From positions 1,731-65,730 of the forward strand of contig JAJQAK010000185.1 in the NCBI GenBank assembly GCA_021203845.1: a DNA stretch of 64,000 bases, given 5' to 3'. This DNA is from Clostridia bacterium (GTDB lineage: Bacteria; Bacillota; Clostridia; Christensenellales; Borkfalkiaceae). The position numbers and the translations under genes are program-made. Shown here piece by piece: positions 26,934 to 35,147 of the stretch (positions are counted from its first letter, which is position 1; every line of letters begins with the position of its first letter). The notes under the pieces are model-generated. The model worked only from the letters and a program-made list of their open reading frames with translations. It searched no databases and was not told where the DNA came from.

Positions 26934-28508
26934 TTAAGCCCACTCAGTTTTACTGCCCCCCCCCGAAGTGGTTGCCTTGGGGCTGTTTGCCGCTGAAACG
27001 TCGCTACCTTTACTTATGTACGGGAGGCTACTGTTTTCTGCCTGTCTTGCCGGCAAAACAACCCCTTCGCCGTTGTCGCCTTTAATGTAGATACCTCTGA
27101 GTTGCCCCGGCTGTTTTGCCCACGGTAGTTCTATTATTTTGTTGGCATAGTAGAACTTTGGATTCTCGAACTGGTTGGCCGTGTCCAAAAGCATTTGAGC
27201 ATTGATTGCCATCCTTGTTTTCCCTGAGGGCGTCTCGACGACATCTGAAAATCCGTTTATGAAAACGCCAAAATCCGAGTATTCTGCTCTCTTGTGTTCC
27301 TCTTTTGCTTTCGACTTGGTAGAATTGACGAACTTTGACAAATCATCCACCGTGATGGGAAGCTCTGTACGTGCAGTTCCCTTGGTATTGTCAATAATCG
27401 TGTACACCATGTGCTGCCAGTTATTTGTCGGCTTGCCGGGGTCGTCTGACACGCTGACGCCACTGTTGAACCTCACTCCCATGTACCCGTTGCTGTAAAA
27501 CTGTTTTCCCTCGCTGTCCACAAGAACTTTGTTGTTTGTGCCTACCTTCTTGTCCGCCGTCCTAATTAGCGCGTTCAACGATTTTGTCTGTTTCTTGCTT
27601 GTGACCGTTTGGGTATTGGGATGCGAAGCCGGTGTGTTTGCCTTTGCGGAGGTTTCCGTCGCAGACTTGGGAATCTCTTTTTTCTCAGGACTTGCGCTCG
27701 TGCCCTTGCCTCGTTCGAGCCCCTCCATCATGGCGGGTCTCACTTTCTCGTGCCATAACTTGTACGTTTCGGGCGCGAATTTGTCCTGTTTCCCCTCACC
27801 GTACAGCTTGTCGATTCTCTTGATGTTTTTGTCGAGGAAGTCCTTGAGTTGTTTCTTCTCCTCGGCAACCGTAGCCGTCATGATACCGGACGCCTCGTCT
27901 TTTTTGATTTGACTTTCCAAATGTTTTTGCTGATAGTACACGTATTGCACGTCCGCATGAGCCACCATCTTCCTCACGGAGTCGCGGCGCAACTTTCTCA
28001 TGTACTCGAAATTTGAGCCGGGCGTAACGCTCCCCTCCTGACCGCCTTGCTTCAAATCCTCTTTCAAGACATTGTTGAGCCTTGCCTTGACGTTCTTCAT
28101 AAGCACGGCCTTCTCTCCACTTGAGCCTTTGAGACTTTTGAACGTCTGCGTTGCGTGGTCTATCGCTCTCTTGGCTTGGGGATATTTTTTGTCAACTTCA
28201 GCGAATTGCTTTGACTGCCACCCTCTCGCCTCTTTGAGTATCTGCCTGTCTTTTGCCTCTTTGACTATCTCCTTTGCCGAGCCGGTCTTTTGAAGCGTCG
28301 CATAAGCCTCCGTGGGGCTCACTCCCTCGCCTTTGAGGGCTTTCCAGCAGTCCTTGGGTGAAAAGCCCGTTGTGTCGATGCCGAGAGCTTTGCAAAGTCC
28401 GTACGGCAGTCTTGTGTTCCCGCCTCCATGATGGGCCTCGCTTTCGTCCCTGTCGCCTTCGGCATCCATGTTCATAAGTTTGTAAATCATACGGTCTCTT
28501 TCTTTCAT
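26934..28508 (-). CDS. Module-tagged protein with helical linker and C-terminal clamp-like domain
   Basis: 524-aa ORF. The N-terminus is MIYKLMNMDAEGDRDE...GGNTRLPYGLCKALGIDTTGFSPKDCWKALKGEGV. The C-terminal ~190 aa are homologous to both repeats of 31569..32795. Confidence 0.7.
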   Translation of the reverse strand: MKERDRMIYKLMNMDAEGDRDESEAHHGGGNTRLPYGLCKALGIDTTGFSPKDCWKALKGEGVSPTEAYATLQKTGSAKEIVKEAKDRQILKEARGWQSKQFAEVDKKYPQAKRAIDHATQTFKSLKGSSGEKAVLMKNVKARLNNVLKEDLKQGGQEGSVTPGSNFEYMRKLRRDSVRKMVAHADVQYVYYQQKHLESQIKKDEASGIMTATVAEEKKQLKDFLDKNIKRIDKLYGEGKQDKFAPETYKLWHEKVRPAMMEGLERGKGTSASPEKKEIPKSATETSAKANTPASHPNTQTVTSKKQTKSLNALIRTADKKVGTNNKVLVDSEGKQFYSNGYMGVRFNSGVSVSDDPGKPTNNWQHMVYTIIDNTKGTARTELPITVDDLSKFVNSTKSKAKEEHKRAEYSDFGVFINGFSDVVETPSGKTRMAINAQMLLDTANQFENPKFYYANKIIELPWAKQPGQLRGIYIKGDNGEGVVLPARQAENSSLPYISKGSDVSAANSPKATTSGGGSKTEWA

Positions 28509-29995
28509 AATTTATCTTCCTCCCCCCACAATGCCTTAACCAATGCGGGTCTTACTTTTTCACGCATGAATTTTCGCCCCTCCTCACTCATCTGTCCTCG
28601 CTTGTAGGTCGTGTCTATTTTGTTGAGACTTTTGTTTAAGAAATTCTCGTACTCGCCTTTTTCATCTTCCAAAACCGAACTCGAAACGCCCTTTTTCTTC
28701 AGGCTGTCGAGCCGGTCTTGCATATGCTTTTGCCTGTAGTACATCCCCGTGACGTCGGCGGTCGCCATCTTCTCGGTTATGTCTTTCTCCCTCGCAGCAA
28801 GTTGTTTCTTTTCCTCCTCGTCTTGAGATTTGAGCCTTGCCCTCGTGGTGTCGCCAAGAGCCCGTTTGAGCGTCGTGTGGACGTTCTGCATAAGATACGC
28901 CGTGTCGCCGTATGAATGTGCGTTTGGGTCTTTTTTGAGCTCTCTGAACGTGTTATCGACGTCTGTGAGCGTCTTTGTAATTTCGGGATATTTTGCATCT
29001 ATGCCCGATTTGCTCTTAACGTCCTCAACCTTCACTATCGCCCTTTCTCCGTTCAATAAAGCGTTGAACTCCGCTTGCGCCTTTCGGGTCGCCTCCGCTC
29101 CATGCTTGGTCGCCTCGCCCACTTTGTCCGCGGCTTGAATGACTTTTTCGAGCCTTTCTCCGGCTTCGGGATGTCTTTCTTTGTATTGTTTTAGGTCTTG
29201 CGGATGCGAACCGAGCTCAAGCACTCCCTTGAGGTCTCTCACTTTGTTGCCGACTTCCTCAATGTCCTTATCGGTTGCCGTACTCGCTCCGCCTATCTTC
29301 TTGAAACAACTTGCCATCGAATTGTAATTGTGGCGGTAGAAGTCACTGTCGGCATCTATGTCTTTTAATGGTTTCAACATTTTGGAAAGCCGTTTTTTGT
29401 CCAGCTCGTCTGTTTCATTGTCTATAAGCTGTTGAAGCGTTTTTCCTGCCGCTATATAATCGGCGTTGCTTTCGTCTCCCCATTGGGGGTAGCTTAAAAC
29501 GCCTTTTGAGAGCATTTTGTCGAACTCTTTCAGCCTTCTTATACTTCCATTGTATGCCGTGGATATGCGGCTCGCCGCCGAGGCGGAATGTGGTATCGCA
29601 AGTTTTGCCTTATGTTCAAGCTCTTTATCGGTTATCGGCGTGTCCTCCGTGGCTCCTTTCGGACGATAATGCGTTGACGAGTGTTGGCTGTTCGTAGTCG
29701 GTTTTGTGCCCCTATAATGCTCCTGCCTAACCTTGTGCTTGTAGTTACTTATATTCTTGTACTTTTTGAGCGAGCCATATGCCTCGTCGGGAGTTATGCC
29801 CTCGCCCTTCAAAGCCTCCCATGCAGCCCTCGGTGACGTGCCCGCCGGCAAGTCTATACCGAACTCCTCACACAGACCGTACGGAAGTCGGTTGTTGCCG
29901 TGACCCCCTCCCTTCTTTTTCTTCGGCTCATCCTCGTCCTCCGCGTCGCCGCGAATGAGGCGATATATCATTCTCTGTCTTTCCTTGGAGCTCAT
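28505..29995 (-). CDS. Module-tagged helical protein, cargo unknown
   Basis: 496-aa ORF. The N-terminus is MIYRLIRGDAEDEDE...GHGNNRLPYGLCEEFGIDLPAGTSPRAAWEALKGEGI. It shares the linker motif YY.QKH...EKVRPA with 26934..28508. Confidence 0.7.
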   Translation of the reverse strand: MSSKERQRMIYRLIRGDAEDEDEPKKKKGGGHGNNRLPYGLCEEFGIDLPAGTSPRAAWEALKGEGITPDEAYGSLKKYKNISNYKHKVRQEHYRGTKPTTNSQHSSTHYRPKGATEDTPITDKELEHKAKLAIPHSASAASRISTAYNGSIRRLKEFDKMLSKGVLSYPQWGDESNADYIAAGKTLQQLIDNETDELDKKRLSKMLKPLKDIDADSDFYRHNYNSMASCFKKIGGASTATDKDIEEVGNKVRDLKGVLELGSHPQDLKQYKERHPEAGERLEKVIQAADKVGEATKHGAEATRKAQAEFNALLNGERAIVKVEDVKSKSGIDAKYPEITKTLTDVDNTFRELKKDPNAHSYGDTAYLMQNVHTTLKRALGDTTRARLKSQDEEEKKQLAAREKDITEKMATADVTGMYYRQKHMQDRLDSLKKKGVSSSVLEDEKGEYENFLNKSLNKIDTTYKRGQMSEEGRKFMREKVRPALVKALWGEEDKL

Positions 29996-31572
29996 CTTCC
30001 TTCTCCTTTGAGGCTTTTGCTTATCTCGGTAAGCGTGTTTCTCGTCATGTACCTGTATACCTTGGTTCTTCCCTCGGCGAACTTATACTTGCCTGCGTCC
30101 ATTCTGCTTACAGCATTGTCGCATTTACGTGCTATCTTGCCGAGCTGTGCGTTTTTCTTCGCCTCCGACATATCGGGGTTGTTGCGAATCGCGTCTATCT
30201 GTCCGCAAAGATTTCCCATGCTCTTGCCGTATGCGTCCATGTCTCGACTCAAATATTTCATATAATTGGGATTGTTCTTCGCGAACTTCGAGTTTGTGAC
30301 CTTGTCTTTCATTTTGGTAAACGCATTTTGGTCAAACGTGAGATTGCCGTAGTTCACTCCCGACTCAAAGACTTTTTCCGCTTGCTTGTGCTCGAAGTCA
30401 AGCCTCTCTTTTTGCCTGCTCATCCTTTCGCGCTCGGCCGCGATTTGGTCTTGCGACATCACCTTTTTATTGGTTGCTCCTTCTTCCTCCTTTTCGACGG
30501 CGGCCCCGCTTTCTTTGTCTCCGCTTTTCTTCTTGTCCCGCAAAAGCAACGCACCCATCGCGGCCCCTATGGGCCCTAACATGGCGGCAAGCACGAGTGA
30601 AAGAACTTTGGCGGCGGCTCCCGGCGAAGTCTTTGAATCCTGAACTTTCCCTTTTGCCTCTTGTGCGGGTTTCGCAACTTTCTTGTCAAACTCCTTTATG
30701 GTCTTGTCGTCGCGCCTCATTGTGTTGAGCGTTTTCATCTCACCGCTCCAGTATCTGTACGCCTCTTTGTCACCGTTTGCCTTCGCTATGGCCATCTGCT
30801 CCTTTATTGAGGCCGACAACTCCTTGTAGTTGTACTGCGGCGCTTTATACGGCGTGTTGAGAGGGTCTTTGCGGTATTCATTGAGTGTACCCTCATGCTC
30901 GGTTTTTGCCGTCTTTACGGCCGTCTTGGTCCGTTTTGCCTTCTTCGCCTGCTCTTTCTTGCCCGCAGGTTGCTTTGTCGCCATTTCTTGCTGTTGTGCT
31001 TGCTCCGAATTTTGCGCTTCTGCAACTTGTGCGGACGATTGCCCGGGATTTTCTTTCTTTACTTCAACCTTGTCCCCTCCCTCTTGAACGGTCTGCGTCT
31101 CAGTCACGGGTTGATTGCCTTGTGTGACGGTCGGCTCGGATATAGGCTGATTGCCCTCGGAAACGGGTGGCTGAGCGGACTTCTCTTTCTTCTCGCCCAA
31201 TCCCTCGGTCGGATTGACTTTCCCCGTGGCGGGCGCAACTTTCTTACTACCCTTGAAACCTTCTATCGTGCCGTGCTCCGCAAGGTGCTTATATGCGGCT
31301 TCTTGGCTTATGCCTTTGCCCTCAAGAGCTTTCCATGCATCCCCCGGCGTCGCATCTTCGGGGAGTTCTATGCCGTACTGCATACACAGTCCGAACGGCA
31401 ATCTCGTGTTTCCGTGCCCGCCTGTACTTCCTCCTCCGGAACTTTTGTGCATCCCGTGACTCCGGATGATTCTGTTGGGATTCTCCTCCTCGTCGTCGTC
31501 ACCGTCCGCGTCCAAATTGAGCATATGAGCCATCATTTTGGCCCTTGCGTCCCTTGCATCGTAGTGCGTCAT
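29992..31572 (-). CDS. Module-tagged protein with P/Q/E-rich region and one predicted transmembrane helix
   Basis: 526-aa ORF. The N-terminus is MMAHMLNLDADGDDDEE...GHGNTRLPFGLCMQYGIELPEDATPGDAWKALEGKGI. A hydrophobic stretch AAKVLSLVLAAMLGPIGAAMGALLL is encoded at about 30546-30630. Confidence 0.7.
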   Translation of the reverse strand: MTHYDARDARAKMMAHMLNLDADGDDDEEENPNRIIRSHGMHKSSGGGSTGGHGNTRLPFGLCMQYGIELPEDATPGDAWKALEGKGISQEAAYKHLAEHGTIEGFKGSKKVAPATGKVNPTEGLGEKKEKSAQPPVSEGNQPISEPTVTQGNQPVTETQTVQEGGDKVEVKKENPGQSSAQVAEAQNSEQAQQQEMATKQPAGKKEQAKKAKRTKTAVKTAKTEHEGTLNEYRKDPLNTPYKAPQYNYKELSASIKEQMAIAKANGDKEAYRYWSGEMKTLNTMRRDDKTIKEFDKKVAKPAQEAKGKVQDSKTSPGAAAKVLSLVLAAMLGPIGAAMGALLLRDKKKSGDKESGAAVEKEEEGATNKKVMSQDQIAAERERMSRQKERLDFEHKQAEKVFESGVNYGNLTFDQNAFTKMKDKVTNSKFAKNNPNYMKYLSRDMDAYGKSMGNLCGQIDAIRNNPDMSEAKKNAQLGKIARKCDNAVSRMDAGKYKFAEGRTKVYRYMTRNTLTEISKSLKGEGR

Positions 31573-32795
31573 TCTTCATACCTCGCTTTTTTCATGGTTT
31601 TATAATCTCTGGAATCCTTTATGGTATTGTACCTTACCGGGCACACAATCGCATCGCCGTCATCACCTTTAATGTATATGGGGTTTAACGGATTCCCTGA
31701 CAAATAAATTTTAGGATTTTTAAGCTGACTCGCCGTGTTGTATAAAAGCCTTGCGTCCATTGCGACATTACCCGCGCTCATCGCATTGCTGCCGTAAATT
31801 GAGTTTACCTCGTGCGGAAGATTCTTGTAGTCCGTCAGAACTATTTTGTAGTCCTCTTTGCTCGCGCGTTTCCCTGTCTCCTCTTTTACGACCGCCCCTA
31901 TGCCTTTCATAAACTTGGTCAAATCCTGCATAGAAAACTCTTTAAGTTCGTCCGTACAGGCCTCTCTCGTTTCGTCTATGAGATTGCACACCTTCTCCGC
32001 GACTTGAGATTTGTCCTCCGCCGGGTTCGCAATCACCGGCTTGTCATAGCGTATGCCCATGAATTTGTTGCTGAACACCTGTTTACCATCCGACGCATCA
32101 TACACTTTGGGGGCTTCATTGCTTATTCTCGCAAGTTTCTCCATCGCTGCGACGCGTTTTTTGTCGCCGTCAGATATGGGTTTCAGTGCATTGGGATTTT
32201 CGGGTTTCTGCGGAGCCGCCTCCTCACCCCTCGGTACATCCTTTATATCGGTTTTCTTTGCCTCGCCCGTCATCGGCATTATGAAGCCTTCACCGTCCGC
32301 TCCCCTGACTCCCAAAACGGCAACCCTTTTTGTTGCGTCTGTCATCGGGAAAAACTCGGCATCGGGGAAGATTTGTAAAGCGTTTCGTAGATATTTCGGG
32401 TCAACGCTTATTTCCTTGTCGCCGAACAAAAAACTTATGACATTCTTTTGGAATTTGCCTTCCTTTTTAATACCGTACTCTTTCTCGTACGGCGTCGGTT
32501 TGAGTTTCTTTTTCTGCTCGGCTTCGTCTTTTTTTGCCTTATCCATGAAATAACCGAGCTCCTGTGGCGTTATGCCGGCTTTCACGGCGTCGCCCCGATT
32601 GTAGTTGTCCAGCATATCCTCAATCAAGTCCATGAGGTGAAGGATCCTGTTGTCTTCTCCGACTTCATCGGTTATCGCGTTGTTGAACCTGAACGCTATG
32701 TCGCCATTCGTATAATATTGCCGCCCCTTACCGTCTTGTACTACCGGTTTTTCTGGCCATTTCTTCTCATCATTGAGTGCGTTTATGAGCTTCAT
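31569..32795 (-). CDS. Untagged protein with two tandem clamp-like domains (cargo half of a split gene?)
   Basis: 408-aa ORF whose ATG overlaps the stop of the module-only ORF as ATGA. Two internal repeats each end in ...D.(K/R).L.(N).....(P)....(I/V).(G..G.G)(F/A)I(M/V).P(M/V). Confidence 0.7.
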   Translation of the reverse strand: MKLINALNDEKKWPEKPVVQDGKGRQYYTNGDIAFRFNNAITDEVGEDNRILHLMDLIEDMLDNYNRGDAVKAGITPQELGYFMDKAKKDEAEQKKKLKPTPYEKEYGIKKEGKFQKNVISFLFGDKEISVDPKYLRNALQIFPDAEFFPMTDATKRVAVLGVRGADGEGFIMPMTGEAKKTDIKDVPRGEEAAPQKPENPNALKPISDGDKKRVAAMEKLARISNEAPKVYDASDGKQVFSNKFMGIRYDKPVIANPAEDKSQVAEKVCNLIDETREACTDELKEFSMQDLTKFMKGIGAVVKEETGKRASKEDYKIVLTDYKNLPHEVNSIYGSNAMSAGNVAMDARLLYNTASQLKNPKIYLSGNPLNPIYIKGDDGDAIVCPVRYNTIKDSRDYKTMKKARYEE

Positions 32796-33133
32796 TCTCC
32801 GAGCATTGAGCTTTTCCGTACTCGGAGCCTTTTTCGTCGCGGGTTTTTTTCGGTCATTTTCGCGTTGTTGCTCGCCTTGACTTCGCTCGCATACGGCTTT
32901 ATCGTGCCCTCTTTTTGGAGTGACGAATACGCGGCTTTCGGGTCAACCCCTTTGCCCTGTAAAGCCTTCCAGCAGTCCGTCGGCGAGAACCCCGTCGTGT
33001 CGATACCGAACTCCTCACAGAGCCCATATGGCAGGCGGGTATTGCCGTGAGAGCCTTTGCCTCGTCCTTCCTCATCCTCGTCCGCATCTAAATTGAGTAT
33101 GCGGGCCATCATTCTTCCTCTTGCATTTGTCAT
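32792..33133 (-). CDS. Stand-alone copy of the shared N-terminal module
   Basis: 113-aa ORF, MMARILNLDADEDEEGRGKGSHGNTRLPYGLCEEFGIDTTGFSPTDCWKALQGKGV..., followed by a short basic tail. Confidence 0.65.
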   Translation of the reverse strand: MTNARGRMMARILNLDADEDEEGRGKGSHGNTRLPYGLCEEFGIDTTGFSPTDCWKALQGKGVDPKAAYSSLQKEGTIKPYASEVKASNNAKMTEKNPRRKRLRVRKSSMLGE

Positions 33134-33136
33134 AAC

Positions 33137-35137
33137 TTACCTCAGTTTGTTGTAATCAAGTGGTGCCTGTTCTACCACCTCCAAGTCGATAAACCATTTG
33201 CCGTTCGTGTCCTTCTTGCATTTCGTTATCTTGAAATACGTGTCTCTTTGGAGCAACATTTCGTTCTCGTCGTGTATGTCGGCCGCCGTGAAATCTCCGC
33301 CTCTGTAATTGTGGTGCGTGGCATATGCGTTTGGGGCTATGTACGCGGCTTTCGTGCCTTTCGGACAGTAAATGTTCAATATAACGTTCCGATTGAACCC
33401 CGTGTCTTTGGAGGCCCCGCACGAGCAAAAGCCCGGCATATGCAGAACCTTGCCTTCCTTTATCATGTTCTGTATCTCGTCCATTGAGAGCTTTTCGACC
33501 CCCAGCGTCCGCTCGAAACCGCGGTCGGTCACGCCCCTCTTGAGCCACGTGTCGTTTTCCAGCGAGCTTTTCGCTATCAACTTTGTGAGCGTGTCTATGC
33601 TTTTTCTCAACTTTTTGTCATCGTAAATGGCGTCGTTGTTGCCTATGCCCTTGTAGCTGATTGCCATCATGTCTTTGTCATCGTATCCCGACAATGCCGC
33701 GGTCGCCCAGTATGAGGTTTTAGCATAATCCCCCACGGCCCTCAATTCGTTGTTTGTGGCATTGCTAAACAGCTTGTCCGCCATTCCTTTGAACTTTTCT
33801 ACGGACTCCGCTTTTGATTTACACCATATCGCGTTGTCCTTTCGCTCTTTTGTGAACGCCGAGTTGTCGAATTTGACGTGTTGTCCTCTTATGCAGTTTG
33901 ATTTGTTGGCTTTCGGGTTGTCGTACTTCCCGGCTGCCTTGTCTGCATTGGTCAATCTGCTCTTTAACGCACTTTTATATAAATAACTCAACGACGGCGA
34001 TGAGCTCAGTTGCCTGAGCCCACTCCACAGTTGTGCCTTGTATAACTCCGTCGAGTTTAGAAGTTTTCCGCCGTTTTTGATGTCGTCGCATTTTTCCTTG
34101 AGTTTTTCCCTTATCTCCTTAAGTCCTTCATTTCGTTCTTCAGCCGTGAGTGTTTTATTTTCCATCACGGCGGCTATTCCGTCAACCACCTTATTCATTG
34201 CCTCGGCGTATTTCATAATGCCGTCCGCGATTTCGTTCTCATAGTCCATGTGCTTTTGGCAGTATGTGTTCTCACTTAAATCGTCAAGCCCCTTCGCCTG
34301 TTTTGCCTCGTCGATTTGCAGTTTGTTTAAATCAAACGCCGAGAACCCTTCCGCTCCGGCGTATTGAGCCGCCATTTTGTCATGTTCATCGCTTATCTTC
34401 GCAAGTCCGCCGTAAATGTCTATTTTTGAGTCGGGATGCCGTGCGTTAAAATCGTCAAGCCGTTGCTGAAATTTGGGGGACGTCGCCGATGCCATCAATT
34501 CCCCATAATCTACCATTTTGCTGTGAAAGCCCCACAAATGCTCCGGCACGGTCTCTTGAAGCTTTTTATACGGCTTAAGTATGTTCACGTTGTATGACTG
34601 AATGAAATTTGCGTCGTCCCATAAATCGGTCAGTATTTTTTTGTTGGCGAGAAGCCTCTCCCTTTCCTTCGTATTGGTCGTGTAACCGAGTTGTTGGTTT
34701 ACCGAACTCATGGCAAGGGAGATGCTTTGACGGTCTAATTCTTGAGGCACTGCGGTGAACGGGTTTTTGTTTATGCTTTCCGCTATGGCTTTACACTTGT
34801 CGTATATGTCTTTCACACCCTTCGCCATTTTAGGCTCCTTGGGTTTGTTTTTTTTCTCCTCGACCTGTTTTCCTTCCTTCTCCTCAACGTACTTGTCTAT
34901 CGTACCGTCCTTTTCGAGAGCCGCGTATGCTTCATCGGCGTCTACCCCTTTGCCTTGCAAGGCGTCCCAAGCCTGTTTGGGCGTTGCACCTTTCGGGAGC
35001 TTGATGCCGAACGCCATACACAACCCGTACGGAAGTCTCGTGTTCCCGTGCGAACCTCCTCCGCCTCGCTCGTCCTCATCGTCCTCGGCATCCGTATGAA
35101 GATACCGCTGTATCATGTTTAACCTCGAAACATTCAT
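33137..35137 (-). CDS. Module-tagged ADP-ribosyltransferase (R / S-x-S-like / E-x-E type)
   Basis: 666-aa ORF. The N-terminus is MIQRYLHTDAEDDEDE...HGNTRLPYGLCMAFGIKLPKGATPKQAWDALQGKGV. The C-terminus has WLKRGV (about 33535-33555), GFCSCGAS (about 33410-33437) and ENEMLLQR (about 33244-33272). Confidence 0.75.
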   Translation of the reverse strand: MNVSRLNMIQRYLHTDAEDDEDERGGGGSHGNTRLPYGLCMAFGIKLPKGATPKQAWDALQGKGVDADEAYAALEKDGTIDKYVEEKEGKQVEEKKNKPKEPKMAKGVKDIYDKCKAIAESINKNPFTAVPQELDRQSISLAMSSVNQQLGYTTNTKERERLLANKKILTDLWDDANFIQSYNVNILKPYKKLQETVPEHLWGFHSKMVDYGELMASATSPKFQQRLDDFNARHPDSKIDIYGGLAKISDEHDKMAAQYAGAEGFSAFDLNKLQIDEAKQAKGLDDLSENTYCQKHMDYENEIADGIMKYAEAMNKVVDGIAAVMENKTLTAEERNEGLKEIREKLKEKCDDIKNGGKLLNSTELYKAQLWSGLRQLSSSPSLSYLYKSALKSRLTNADKAAGKYDNPKANKSNCIRGQHVKFDNSAFTKERKDNAIWCKSKAESVEKFKGMADKLFSNATNNELRAVGDYAKTSYWATAALSGYDDKDMMAISYKGIGNNDAIYDDKKLRKSIDTLTKLIAKSSLENDTWLKRGVTDRGFERTLGVEKLSMDEIQNMIKEGKVLHMPGFCSCGASKDTGFNRNVILNIYCPKGTKAAYIAPNAYATHHNYRGGDFTAADIHDENEMLLQRDTYFKITKCKKDTNGKWFIDLEVVEQAPLDYNKLR

Positions 35138-35147
35138 GTCTCACTCC

